DNA from: Octopus bimaculoides
Taxonomy: Eukaryota
NCBI RefSeq assembly: GCF_001194135.2
Contig: NC_068992.1
Span: 16,759,795 to 16,823,794, forward strand
Reading direction: 5' to 3'
DNA length: 64,000 bases
Positions 1 through 13,439 of the stretch are shown here, in pieces (the first letter of the stretch is position 1; each line of letters begins with the position of its first letter). The position numbers and the translations under genes were made by a program. Under the pieces are notes generated by a model, which worked only from the letters and a program-made list of their open reading frames with translations, had not been told where the DNA came from and did not search any database.

Positions 1-129
1 TATATATATATATACATATATATGTATACATGTATATATATACATATACTTATACATATATATGTACGTATACATATACGCAGATATATATATATATACA
101 TATCTACATATATATGAATACGTATTTAC

Positions 130-173
<44 letters not shown>

Positions 174-312
174 ATTTACATATAAACATATATAAATATA
201 TATATATATACGTCTGTGCGTGTGTGTGTATTTACATATACACATATATATACATATAAACATATATAAATATATATATATATACACCCATATACGTGTG
301 TGTGTTTGTGTG
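1..312. repeat. Compound (TA)n/(TG)n microsatellite
   Basis: Direct reading. Confidence 0.95.
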
Positions 313-1136
313 TCTATGAACATATGTTCAATAAATGTATAAATGTTCACATCTTATTCTAAACAATATATAATTAATAGTTCAAGTTGATAACTATATT
401 ATGAAGGAAATCACAAGGTATTGTATTTGAAAAAAAAAATGTACTGATGGATTGCTTCAAAGGCATAACATCTTTTATTTGTAACATTGACCTCAAAGTT
501 AACGAAAAATTTAAAACTATGTTTTAGACTAGAAGTGATTTAACACTAGTTAACCAATTACGCGGTGAAGAAAGAAAATTATGATTTTATCACAATGAAA
601 TAGGATAAGCGAAGCAAAGCATCTTATCTTCGACAAAGCTAATATGTTTACAATAGTTAATTATCTTCGAAACGGTTACCTTATACTCTTCTTTGTTGTT
701 TTTGTTTCGCACCAGATCAAACCTTATCTGTAAGATCTATGTTCAAAGTGATTCTTTGAACACATCCTCTTCCTTTTTTCAAATATTTCAGTGCAAAGGG
801 GTTACTATTTCTAGCAGGTAGCTTTAACGTTCGGAGTTTCCGTATGAACTCCGCATAAAGCCAGACGTTCGGTAATAATAATTATTATTTGTATAGTTAT
901 TATTTCTAGGTGGGAAAATGTTTATAAAACTGGCTAGATATCTTGCACGTTTTATTTGCAGTAGTTTGTGTTGTGAATTCGAATGTCATGATTTCAAGCT
1001 TTACATAGGTCTATGAGTCGTTAAACTAAACGTATCAGTTGAGCTCTGCAACTTTTGTCATAAGACATCATTTATATAAAGCTAGATGTATCAATTAGGA
1101 ATGTGCCGTATCTCAAATTCTGTTTTAAATACTTAC

Positions 1137-1290
1137 GATTCTTGCTCGAAGAGGCCATGTCATACAATTGTAGTTATGTTTCATGTAATCCCTTAGAGCA
1201 ACACCTTCCACAAACTCGACCATAAGACAAGGAAGACGGGTTTCGAGACACAATCCTAAAACGCTAACAATGTTTCGATGTCTGTGCTTC
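1137..1290 (-). CDS. Internal exon of receptor-like protein kinase; kinase subdomains IV-V (R-KHRHRNIVSVLGLCLETRLPCLMVEFVEGVALRDYMKHNYNCMTWPLRARI)
   Basis: Minus-strand acceptor ttttatttttgttccag|G and donor ATC|gtaagt. 154 nt, phase 2 to 0, no stop. H-x-N-I-V-x-x-L-G-x-C and hinge VEF match the kinase consensus. Joins in frame to exon 20873-21019. Confidence 0.93.
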
Positions 1291-2003
1291 CTGGAACAAA
1301 AATAAAATATCAGATAATATGTATATGTATATATATATATATATTCCCAATAAGCATAACTATTACTAATATAGATTCACGGTCCAAAATCTAGGTGGGT
1401 TACATAATACATTATACACACCAAAGCCTTTGACTAATACTTCAATTTCTCGACCTCGAAACAAATTTTACTTTGCCATGATGTGAACTCAGAATGTAAA
1501 TTGTTGGAGAACATTCGAAATTAAATTTGAGCCAATGCGGTGACGCTTTAGTCAATCACCACCACCTTGTAAGAAATTGCGACTTCATATATGAGTGAAG
1601 ATTCTTTCATACTCTATACTACTGTATAATAAGATTCCACGTAATGTTTGCCCAGAAGAAGCAAATGGCGAACGGAATGACAATTACGAGAATATGTTTT
1701 ACGTCAATAATGCAATGAGAAAACCATATCGTTGTAGTATGGATGAAATAAAGGTATAGCTTCGAAATTCTGAGATTCCGTGACCGAGTGTGACAGTCCG
1801 ATATCATATTCGAAAGATGAGCGTAGCTAAGACATTAACCAAGATAAAAATACGAGCTTGATTATATTAATGCCTAATAATTGATCGGATATGTTACTAT
1901 ACATGACGAGGCCTAATGATGCTAAGAAGACCCAGTGATTTAAGGTGTTTCATTGCAGGGATATACCAATCACTGAACGTATTTCAGAATATCATACATC
2001 ACA

Positions 2004-2210
2004 GGCAGTGAGCTGGCCGAAATGTTAGCATGCCGGACTAAATGCTTACCGGCATTTCGTCTGTCTTTACGTTCTGATTTCAAATTCCGCCGAGATCGAC
2101 TTTGCCTTTTGGGTTCGATAAATTAAGTACCAGTTGTGTACTGGAGTCGATCTAATCGACTGACCCCGTCCCCCAAATTTCGGGCCTTATGCCTAGAGTA
2201 GAAAAGAATA
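2004..2210 (+). mobile_element. tRNA-derived SINE, family M (body gccgaggtcgactttgcctttcatcctttcggggtcgataa; Meta-domain-like)
   Basis: Head ggcagtgagctggccgaaatgttagc and B-box-like ttcaaattcc. A 14-bp direct repeat agaatatcatacat flanks it at 1986-1999 and 2205-2218. More than 15 related copies occur in the window. The Meta-domain assignment is from recall. Confidence 0.85.
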
Positions 2211-4449
2211 TCATACATTACTTCTAATTTAGATGAAACATATCTTTAACAATTAAACACCAAAAAAACTGACTAGTCTTAGTTTTTTAGTTCACTGTAT
2301 TAGATATTATTGTGTGACTTTAAAGTAATTCGGTATGAATATTTCGGCTTTTCGTCCATCAGCATCTAAAAGAGCTTCTTTGAATGGACATCAATACCGT
2401 AGAAAAAAAATCAATTTCAGTAAAACTTTTATATTAAGTAGATACTAGAAAACACTGGTTTTCGTTTGATTAGTTCCGAACCCACAAAAAATTTCTTCTA
2501 CTGTGTTTGTTTGTAAATTCTGCCGGTGAAATAATGACCCTACATGCTCATGATTTTAGTTCTATATTCCTGTTTTTATAACCAAACGTATATTTTCGTT
2601 TCGCTACATATTTCAGTGCTGTGCGTACATATAAATGAATGTATGCATGCGTGTATGTGTATTGTGCATATGTATGCGTGTAGACACAGAGTTAAGGTCA
2701 AACAGTTACAGAGATTTATGGGTTAGGTCATTCTTATTCATGCAAAACTTTGTTTGTGCTGTAGGGTATATTTATACACCAAAACATACGGAATTTCCAT
2801 ACAGTCACACACACATACATACACACTTATACATATGCGTNNNNNNNNNNNNNNNNNNNNNNNNNNNNNNNNNNNNNNNNNNNNNNNNNNNNNNNNNNNN
2901 NNNNNNNNNNNNNNNNNNNNNNNNNNNNNNNNNNNNNNNNNNNNNNNNNNNNNNNNNATATGTATACCTATATATATATATGTATATGTCTACATATATA
3001 TACTTTCGTATTACATTTTATATATATATATGTTCAAATACAAGCGTGCCCAACAAAGGCGTTTATTTATACAAGTTCACAACATTTATCAGTCAGTTCT
3101 GCCATTGCATGTATGTCCCTGCTGATGTTCTGCTTTCTTTGCTAACAATTCTATACTGTAAATCCTGTTGTCATGAATACGGTGAAACATATTTGCCACT
3201 TTTGAACTGAGCGATCAATTACTCTGACCTGACAGCATTTGTTCCGCTATTATAAATCTTTCGAGATGGCTTGATACAGTAAAATGCACCCTCTACTTTC
3301 CGATTCACTTGGAATATTTATGAGGTTAATATTTGGCATACGTGAGGAGTTCTAATAACATATATGCAGAAATATATATGTGTGTGTGCGTGTATACATA
3401 CACACACACACGCACACACACATACTTAAATATGTATATCTTCTAACTTCAAAATAATACTATATATATATATATATATNNNNNNNNNNNNNNATATATA
3501 TAGTATTATTTTGAAGTTAGAAGATATATATATTTAAGGATGAAAAAGAATTATATATTTCTGAATTCATAAAATAAAGTAAACAGAAATGTAATTCATG
3601 CTAGCGTGCGATAAATCTAGTCAACTTTTAGATGTTAAATGGCCAGCCGTTTGCTTATAAATATATATTTATGTATCTGTGTGTATTTTGTGTATTTGAT
3701 TGTGTTGAATTTAACTTTCGAACCGTTCACCAGAAAAGCGGTACCAACTTCTAAGAGTTTGCAACATTGATGTAATATGGATTGGTATTCTCGGAACATA
3801 AGCACATTGAAAAAAACAGCTTAGATTTGAATCCATGAAACATGAATAACGAAGTACATTCCTACACGTTCGCAAATATTCACATATTATGGGTACATTT
3901 ATTTGCGTATATAATATGTATTTTGCTTTGCGTAGAAAGTATTATATTTAGACGTTGTATCAATATTTAAATACGAAATTACTATAACGAACGAATATGC
4001 AGTTTTGTGTCTCTTTATGATGGCTTGGGTTAAAATACAATTGAAGTTAGTTAAACTTCAGCCGAATATTGATGTAACATTATATAATGCATACTCGAAT
4101 TAAGAAGATTCATTTTCCAGTTGTACCTTCGGTTTATGTTAAGTTGAATTATTCTGCTGAAAACTACCTTTCTTCAACCTAAGCAGAAAACAATTTCAGC
4201 TTACTTTTAAACTTAAAACTTAGCTTGTAGTGAAGAGACAGTAATACAATTTTGTCACTGACCGCAGTACGGGGTGCCTTCAAACAAATACATTTTACAG
4301 CAAATGGTTTAATAATCTGAGTGATATTTGGCCTGACGATCCAGAAGCGTAAACATCATGAGGCGGATTTAATGAATCTAGCTATGCACACGTCAGAAAG
4401 GATATTCTATAGCCTTATTCTTGTATAAACTGTTGCTATTTATCCAATA

Positions 4450-4830
4450 GTGAAGGCGCAATGTCCCACTGGTTAGCGCAGCGGACTCGCAGTCATAGGA
4501 TCGCGGTTTCGATTCCCAGACCGGGCGTTGTGAGTGTTTATTGAGCGTAAACACCTAAAGCAACACGAGGCTCCGGCAGGAGATTGTGGCAAACCCTGCT
4601 GTACTCTTTCCCCACAACTTTCTCTCACTCTTACTTCCTGTTTCTGTTGTGCTTGTAATTCAAAGGGGTCAGCCTTGTCACACTGTGCCACGCTGAATAT
4701 CCCCGAGAACTACGTTAAGTGTACACGTGTCTGTGGAGTGCTCAGCCACTTGCACGTTACTTTCACGAGCAGGCAGTTCCGTTAATCGGATCACATGGAA
4801 CTCTCGACGTCGTAAGCGACAGAGTGCCAA
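4450..4830 (+). mobile_element. tRNA-derived SINE, family D (possibly Deu/Nin-domain type)
   Basis: A box and B box (gtttcgattcc) in the head. Near-identical to copies at 17265-17629(-) and 60948-61334(+). 12-bp TSD atttatccaata at 4438-4449 and 4832-4843. Confidence 0.9.
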
Positions 4831-4957
4831 GATTTATCCAATAAATTTCTAGCCAGAAATTTGAACCTTGATCCAGATCTTGATGTTGGAATTTGAATTA
4901 GCATTCAAAGATTATGAAAAACTTTTGCGAAGTTGCAATTTTCTTTATACTCTCTAA

Positions 4958-5150
4958 AGTAGGCAGAATTGTTAGTGTGCGGGACAAAACGATTAGTGTC
5001 ATTTAATCCGGCTCCTTACATTCTGACTTCAAATCCCGCCGAGGTCAGTTTGGCTGTCGTTCCTTCAGGGTCAATGAAAGAAAGAACCCTCAAGTAATCG
5101 GATCGATGTAATCGATTTACTGTCTTCACTCAAAATTGTTGGTTTTGAAT
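4958..5150 (+). mobile_element. Degenerate family M SINE
   Basis: ggcagaattgttagtgtgc...ttcaaatcccgccgaggtca...atcgatgtaatcga aligns with other family M copies. Confidence 0.7.
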
Positions 5151-6750
5151 ACTACGACGCAGTGGCGACCCGTTCAGATATAATGTTGGGATCGTGTTAA
5201 TTTACACACCGTGGAAACTGATAACCGATACTGTGACCACGGAGACCCAAGAAAAAAATTACATTCTCTACAATTATAAAAGGTACTGAAAGATATCTGG
5301 CTCCGTAAAGTAAATTATTTTTGTTTAGCTGTTTGGCTGTAAAACCATTATAATCAAAGCATTTTAAATGGTAGGAGCGTTTAAAGGGAACCAGTGACAC
5401 CTGTGTATTAATCCTGTGCTGGACTAGTATCTCTTGCACAAGATTCTTTCTTCTGAAAGCCTTCCGTGAAAATCCGGATACGCTCCGATCTCATGAAGTT
5501 CTATGCACGAGTTATCTCTGTTTTCATTTTGAAATTGTGTTGTGCATGCCGTTGTTCGAAACCAGCATCCGCGATAGAAAAGTTTCCGTATTGTTTACAA
5601 ACGTCCCATAACTTTCATTTCCTTTAGCAATAAAATATAAATAGCAAATAAAGTGAAACGATATAATGTACCCGAACGACTATATAGTATATATATATAT
5701 ATATCCTAATATCGATCGTGTAAACACGTGGCTACGATGAGATTTACTAATGGATTTTATTTAAAGAACCATTATAAAAAGATTTTACTGATATAAAATG
5801 TAATACCATGTTATGTGATAAAAATCGCTCAATAATGATAGCGTGGAACAGAACAAAGGGTTCAATATCATATTTTTTTAAAAATAATAACAGATCGATA
5901 GCTAAAAGTTTGATAAAGAAAAGATAAAAAGATGCCTCGCTTTTATTATATAATTTCTTCAAAGACACTCTTTATTTAGACCGTTGTTTTTTGTCCAATA
6001 AAATAAGACAGCAAAGGAGATCATTCACATTTAATTTGGTGAGAAAACGATAAGCTATTTCATGGGAAAATTGATGACCACCATACTTTGAACTACAGAA
6101 ATTACTACTGTATAAAATTGCTTATATATACATACATACATACATATATATATATATNNNNNNNNNNNNNNNNNNNNNNNNNNNNNNNNNNNNNNNNNNN
6201 NNNNNNNNNNNNNNNNNNNNNNNNNNNNNNNNNNNNNNNNNNNNNNNNNNNNNNNNNNNNNNNNNNNNNNNNNNNNNNNNNNNNNNNNNNNNNNNNNNNN
6301 NNNNNNNNNNNNNNNNNNNNNNNNNNNNNNNNNNNNNNNNNNNNNNNNNNNNNNNNNNNNNNNNNNNNNNNNNNNNNNNNNNNNNNNNNNNNNNNNNNNN
6401 NNNNNNNNNNNNNNNNNNNNNNNNNNNNNNNNNNNNNNNNNNNNNNNNNNNNNNNNNNNNNNNNNNNNNNNNNNNNNNNNNNNNNNNNNNNNNNNNNNNN
6501 NNNNNNNNNNNNNNNNNNNNNNNNNNNNNNNNNNNNNNNNNNNNNNNNNNNNNNNNNNNNNNNNNNNNNNNNNNNNNNNNNNNNNNNNNNNNNNNNNNNN
6601 NNNNNNNNNNNNNNNNNNNNNNNNNNNNNNNNNNNNNNNNNNNNNNNNNNNNNNNNNNNNNNNNNNNNNNNNNNNNTATATATATATATATATATATATA
6701 CACGCACACTCATATATACAGATATCTAAATACATATATATACACACATA

Positions 6751-6788
<38 letters not shown>

Positions 6789-7477
6789 GACACAAATATG
6801 TATGAAAGCATTCGTGTGTAAATCTGTATGTTGCAAGTTGTAAGTCTATGCATACGGATAGCCAAAAGTATGCACCTACATAATCTTTTCCATAAAAGGC
6901 CATCACCTAAGGTGACATATACTGACACTTCTGCCATATACTAAACAGCCGAAATTTTATTTTTTAATTAAAATAGGGTAATTATGCAAATTATAAATCT
7001 GTTTTCGTAGATAATACAAATAGGATGAAAGATTAAAATTTATTTTGGTTCATATTCACGTTTTGTATATTTTTGAAAAGTGTTATGCTGTCATGAACGG
7101 CTCTCGTTCAGAAATGCTATATCCTTATCATCTGAGACGTTAACCACCTCCCGAGACTGTTGCGTGTTTTATGAGTTGCTAGATGCACAGCCAGTGATAT
7201 TCAATTTAACATCTATGATATGTTGTTATTGTATAATCATTAACAGACCAAATCAAACATACCTATGATGAAAGACATTCTAACGGACTCCATTTAGTCG
7301 TCTTTATGCATCCCAAACAGCATTATCTAATAAAAGACACTTCTTTAACGTGATGTGTGAAAATTAAGGAAGAAATGCGTCCCGTAGAGGCTTTGTCACT
7401 CCGTGGCAGATAGTATTTGTATCGTTAAATTCATTGCTCCTAATCATCTTTAACAAAGAGTTTTGGAAACATCTCAG

Positions 7478-7573
<96 letters not shown>
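7478..7573. repeat. (ATT)n microsatellite
   Basis: Perfect trinucleotide run. Confidence 0.97.
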
Positions 7574-7575
<2 letters not shown>

Positions 7576-7785
7576 GGCGGTGAGCTGGCAGAAGATTTAG
7601 CATGCCGGGCAAAATTCTTAGTGGTGTTTCGTCCATTTTCATGTTCTAAGTTCAAATTCTACCGAGGTCGACTTTGACTTTCATCCTTTTGCAGTCGATG
7701 ATACAAGTACCAGTTATGTACTGCGGTGTATATAGTCGACTATCTCCCTCCCCCAAAATTGCTGCCGTTGTGGCAAAATTAGAAG
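7574..7785 (+). mobile_element. Family M SINE embedded in (ATT)n
   Basis: ggcggtgagctggcagaa head, flanked by (ATT)n on both sides. Confidence 0.85.
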
Positions 7786-7794
7786 CTGCTGCTG

Positions 7795-7828
<34 letters not shown>

Positions 7829-7860
7829 CATTATTATTATTATTATTCTCGTTATTATTA

Positions 7861-8058
7861 AGGCGGCAAGCTGACAGACTGGTTAGCACGCCGGGGAAAA
7901 CTCTTAGCGGTATTTCGTTTATTTTCACGTTGTAGGTTCAATTTCGGCCGAGGTGGACTTTGACTTCCGTCCTTTTGGGGTTGATAAACATTGGGGTCGA
8001 TGTAATCAAATCATCTCCTCCCCAAATTTCAGACCTTCTTCCTATAGTAGAAAGGAAT
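7861..8058 (+). mobile_element. Family M SINE (second tandem copy)
   Basis: ggcggcaagctgacagactggttagcacgccggg head; ends agtagaaagg followed by attattatt. Confidence 0.85.
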
Positions 8059-9035
8059 ATTATTATTTTTGTTGTTGTTTATCACCAACACTAAACGTGT
8101 CACGAACACTCTGTTAGTCTTTTATTCGTTTTCATTCTCATAAGTCTATCAGTTTCGTTTTCTGTTTTGTTGTATAGTGTGTCTGAGCAAAAAATACTTT
8201 TATCTGCCCTAAGGGGCGAAATTTCGAAACGTAAATATTTCTTTTCGAAATATTGGAAAAGCATTTATATGGCATTGTATTTGTCGTGAAACGAAGAAGG
8301 GAAGTGTGGAGGTGGTTTTCATGGCGAAATTGTCTTTCGCAGTCAGTTCCACCTGACAAATATATGGACAAAGGTAGTAGCAGCAAGATCAGAAGCAACG
8401 ATAAAAACACCAACATCAACAACATTACCATTATTAACACCGACTAAAACAACACCAACCAAAGCAACATTAACAACCACAACAACAACAACGAACAATA
8501 GAAAGAGGAAAAATAACAAAATAAAAATTCTTCACACATAATACGTGCAAATTCAATCAACACCACCACCACTGCCACCATTAACAGAGATACGGTCGCT
8601 GAATACGAAAATATCCACAAATCAAGCAGTGATAGTTTCACCGCTGGGGTGCATCAAGTACGAGAAAACGGTATGCTGTCAATGAATGAATTAAAATTGC
8701 AAGAAGCATGTTAAAAAGAAACGGAAGAAGGGTTTATCTTAACACATCCGAAAACATTGTAGAGGACAACAATACTGAGAAAAACAATAATCTACAAAAC
8801 CATACGAATAACTATTTGTAAACTAGAAAAGGCGGCATAGCAAGAAATTGAATAATGTCTGAGAACAGTGTGGGACACGAAAACGTACGCTGCAAGGAGA
8901 AACGATAGGGCACTATAGTGGTGATATTTTCCGCAGAAGAGGCAAGGGATCATTTTAACTTTAAAAAATTAAAGTTTTGGTACTTATATACCTCGGCCAT
9001 CGAGAAAATTAAAATTGGAGGCATACCACCAAAAA

Positions 9036-9109
9036 TGGACATCTGTTGGCTGGTAGCAGCTGTCCTCTTGGACATCTGCTGGCTGATAGCAGCTGTCCTC
9101 TTGGACATC
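9036..9109. repeat. 33-bp tandem repeat, about 2.2 copies
   Basis: tggacatctgttggctggtagcagctgtcctct repeated with 2 mismatches, plus a partial third unit. Confidence 0.9.
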
Positions 9110-9287
9110 AAGGACAAAATAAATATTTTCCCGGTGCACAAACTACAAAAACAGATGTGACTGTGTGAAGGCATGGAGTTGTAGGCGCAGGGGGACGTTA
9201 AAAATTTCTTACATGACACTAATCTTCACTTGGCCGTTGAGGGCAGAAAGAGACGAGATATAACCTGTATGGGGACCCCACATCAAA

Positions 9288-9341
9288 CGAGAGAAGGTGA
9301 TCCCAACTTTTGCCCGAGAGAAGGTGATCCCAACTTTTGCC
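9288..9341. repeat. 27-bp perfect tandem duplication
   Basis: cgagagaaggtgatcccaacttttgcc x2. Confidence 0.92.
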
Positions 9342-9675
9342 GACACCAGATCAACAACAGCAACCGCACCAGGTGACCACTGCATCTGCAAACACAGCAG
9401 TCACACCAACAACAACAACAATTACAGCAGCATCTACAGCAATAACAGCATGAACAACAACAGTGGAAGCAATATCAGTAAGCAAAACAGGAAACACACC
9501 AGCATCAATGATTTCCACATTCCAGGCAGCACTGAACAAAAAATGATGAGTCAAAATCCCCTAAAAGAACCCTTTTATCAACCGAATTTCAGCAAAAGAC
9601 ATATCCGCCCCTTTTTCGGACCACTCAGCAATAAACGGCAAAAAAAAAAAATAAATAAATAAAATATCATACTCA

Positions 9676-9962
9676 TAGGCGCAGGAGTGGCTGTGTGGTA
9701 AGTAGCTTGCTTACCAACCACATGGTTCCAGGTTCAGTCACACTGCGTGGCACCTTCAGCAAGTGTCTTCTACTATAGCCTCGGGCCGACAAAAGCCTTG
9801 TGAGTGGATTTGGTAGATGGAAACTGAAAGAAGCCCGTCGTACATATGTATATATATATATATATATATATATNNNNNNNNNNNNNNNNNNNNNNNNNNN
9901 NNNNNNNNNNNNNNNNNNNNNNNNNNNNNNNNNNNNNNNNNNNNNNNNNNNNNNNNNNNNNN

Positions 9963-10008
<46 letters not shown>

Positions 10009-10240
10009 TGTGTTTGTGTGTTTGTGTGTCTGTGTTTGTCCCCCCACCATGGCTTGACAACCGATGCTGGTGTGTTTACGTCCCCGTAACTTAGCGGTTC
10101 GGCAAAAAGAGTCCGAAAGAATAAGTACTAGGCTTACAAAGAATAACTCTTGGAGTCGATTTTCTCGACTAAAGGCGGTGCTCCAGCATGGCTGCAGTCA
10201 AAATGACTGAGACAATAAAAAGAGTAAAAGAGTAAAGAGA
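9676..10240 (+). mobile_element. tRNA-derived SINE, family C (CORE-like domain, internal (TA)n/(TG)n)
   Basis: Head ggcgcaggagtggctgtgtggtaag; CORE-like gcaccttcagcaagtgtcttctactatagcctcggg; internal microsatellite spanning a gap; tail gagacaataaaaagagtaaaagag. Homologous to 27965-28403(-) and 45453-45833(+). Confidence 0.88.
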
Positions 10241-10820
10241 GTATAGCAGCACAAAAAAAAAACTGGCGTGTGTGTGATCCTCTTTTATTTGTGACCTGAT
10301 ATTTTTTGGATGATTTTTACGGGCAAAAAATAAATCACCTACTTGATGGTCCAACGCAAGTATATATTGTGAAGAATATTGGATGTTTGTGTTTCTTAAA
10401 CCTGTGTCTGTCACCGCTATATAAATAGACTATGTTGTTAATTTACAGAAATCGTTCTTCTGAACGATATGTAGAAATGTGCAACTAGTTTTGACGCGTC
10501 TCGTCTTTCAAAGAGTGTTTATCCAAAGGTTTTTCAACAAAATGAATGAGTATCTAACAGCTACTTATGGAAAACAAACTAGGACTAACAGGCACCAATA
10601 CTACTCAGTCGAGAATCATTGCATTCAGTAAAAAATACGTATTAAATAACTAAAGCACTGGAACAGATTATGTGCGTGAATATATTGACATTAGGCGCCT
10701 TAAAGACATCCTTCAGATCAGTGAATCGATTATTACTTCCATTTCCTGAGAACACGTTCATTGTTCTTACTATATTATCAGCCAGCTAAATGCTCTTGTT
10801 TTTATTCTTGCTGGTGTTGC

Positions 10821-10823
<3 letters not shown>

Positions 10824-10907
<84 letters not shown>

Positions 10908-10912
10908 CATTA
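10824..10912. repeat. (ATT)n microsatellite
   Basis: Direct reading. Confidence 0.95.
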
Positions 10913-11353
10913 TTCAGTAGTTTTATTTTTATAACGTGCTTTCACTTCACTACCGAGCGCAGCTCTGTGTGTCTTGGGTATGTGCTGTGGTTTGCTGTGA
11001 TGCTCTTATGGTTACTGTATTGAAANNNNNNNNNNNNNNNNNNNNNNNNNNNNNNNNNNNNNNNNNNNNNNNNNNNNNNNNNNNNNNNNNNNNNNNNNNN
11101 NNNNNNNNNNNNNNNNNNNNNNNNNNNNNNNNNNNNNNNNNNNNNNNNNNNNNNNNNNNNNNNNNNNNNNNNNNNNNNNNNNNNNNNNNNNNNNNNNNNN
11201 NNNNNNNNNNNNNNNNNNNNNNNNNNNNNNNNNNNNNNNNNNNNNNNNNNNNNNNNNNNNNNNNNNNNNNNNNNNNNNNNNNNNNNNNNNNNNNNNNNNN
11301 NNNNNNNNNNNNNNNNNNNNNNNNNNNNNNNNNNNNNNNNNNNNNNNNNNNNN

Positions 11354-11396
<43 letters not shown>

Positions 11397-11795
11397 ATAT
11401 ATATATATATATATGTATATGTATATATATCTGTACACATATATATATGTGTGTGTGTGTGCATCAATATATGTTTGCGAGAGTGCGCGTTTGATTCAAT
11501 GTCACCCTGTTTGTGTATCTCTGTTGCCAGGGAGAGGTGAATGGATAATTTCCTCGTGGAATATCTAAATTAGAGAAGCGCAGTTCTATCATAATATTTG
11601 TCACATTATGAACCATCAGACAAGTTTCAGATGCAAAAAAAAACAAAAAAAAACCACCAAAAATAATTACTTTCTGTTTTGTGATGAACGAGAAAAACAA
11701 TTTATTTTTATTAAAACATTACGATCACGTAACTATAGTAATCACACGTTGAACCTTACATAATGTATGTTTTATAATACTGCAACAACAACCGC

Positions 11796-11796
<1 letters not shown>

Positions 11797-11878
<82 letters not shown>
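11797..11878. repeat. (AAT)n microsatellite
   Basis: Direct reading. Confidence 0.95.
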
Positions 11879-11881
<3 letters not shown>

Positions 11882-12726
11882 TAACAACAACAATGATTTT
11901 CTCACAGACAGAAAATCATATGTCTGTCTCTGTTATTCTCTCTTTGTCTCTTTCTCTAGTCAGAGCACGATGCCTCCAGAGAATACCCAGGTTATTCTGG
12001 TGCGCAATATATACCGTTATTATTTCATCTTCTTTTCCATGCAATAAATGTACGAAATTAAATTGGTTACAGCCAATGATGTTATGCAGTAATTTTTTTT
12101 TTGTTTTTTAATACTTACTGCGGAGTTGATCGTTGCTCTTTGTTTTTGCTTTGATTTTTCTTTCTTTTTTTTTCGTTATTTTCCCCAGTACGGCTCTGAC
12201 AGGCAATCGCGTCTCCTGAATATCTAAATCTACTGAACAAACAGACCAATGCCTATTTCGTCTCTTAATGTGGTAGCGTTGTTATTTGATCAATATTTCA
12301 TTTTTTATCTTTTTACTTGCTACGATCGATGGACCAAGACCATGCTAGGTTGCCGCCTTGAATTGTTTTACTCAAACACATCGGCACCAGTACTTCATTA
12401 TTTCAAGTAACTGTTCACAACCGATGTCTTTGTGAATGGGAGGAGTACATACGATTTCATTGCTAAATTTTATGTGCAATAAATTGGTTAAGCTTCTATA
12501 TATACTTCTATAATTTTAACAAATTTTAATATAATTTCTTACAATATTTAATTGTAAAAATATAATAGGACTTCTTTTAATATCAAACAGCTATAATGGT
12601 CCAGGAGAGTAGAATAGGTATCAAAAGGGGCCAAATATATAAAAGTCTCCTATTAATTCTATGGGATTCTTATTGCCGAACCACCGTTTTAAGGAGAAGC
12701 AAGTCCGAAACATTTAAACAAACTCA

Positions 12727-13439
12727 NNNNNNNNNNNNNNNNNNNNNNNNNNNNNNNNNNNNNNNNNNNNNNNNNNNNNNNNNNNNNNNNNNNNNNNNNN
12801 NNNNNNNNNNNNNNNNNNNNNNNNNNNNNNNNNNNNNNNNNNNNNNNNNNNNNNNNNNNNNNNNNNNNNNNNNNNNNNNNNNNNNNNNNNNNNNNNNNNN
12901 NNNNNNNNNNNNNNNNNNNNNNNNNNNNNNNNNNNNNNNNNNNNNNNNNNNNNNNNNNNNNNNNNNNNNNNNNNNNNNNNNNNNNNNNNNNNNNNNNNNN
13001 NNNNNNNNNNNNNNNNNNNNNNNNNNNNNNNNNNNNNNNNNNNNNNNNNNNNNNNNNNNNNNNNNNNNNNNNNNNNNNNNNNNNNNNNNNNNNNNNNNNN
13101 NNNNNNNNNNNNNNNNNNNNNNNNNNNNNNNNNNNNNNNNNNNNNNNNNNNNNNNNNNNNNNNNNNNNNNNNNNNNNNNNNNNNNNNNNNNNNNNNNNNN
13201 NNNNNNNNNNNNNNNNNNNNNNNNNNNNNNNNNNNNNNNNNNNNNNNNNNNNNNNNNNNNNNNNNNNNNNNNNNNNNNNNNNNNNNNNNNNNNNNNNNNN
13301 NNNNNNNNNNNNNNNNNNNNNNNNNNNNNNNNNNNNNNNNNNNNNNNNNNNNNNNNNNNNNNNNNNNNNNNNNNNNNNNNNNNNNNNNNNNNNNNNNNNN
13401 NNNNNNNNNNNNNNNNNNNNNNNNNNNNNNNNNNNNNNN
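12727..13439. other. Largest assembly gap (713 N); one of 14 gaps, most of which are flanked by microsatellites
   Basis: Run of N. Unlike most other gaps, neither flank is a simple repeat. Confidence 0.95.

Noticed and set aside
1634-1753. Plus-strand 120-nt pseudo-exon (IPRNVCPEEANGERNDNYENMFYVNNAMRKPYRCSMDEIK)
   Set aside because: Weak acceptor, no partner exons on the plus strand, and no recognisable domain.
4450-4520. tRNA-like sequence with A and B boxes (also at 9676, 57959 and 60948)
   Set aside because: These are SINE heads continuing into repeat bodies, with no complete cloverleaf; not tRNA genes.
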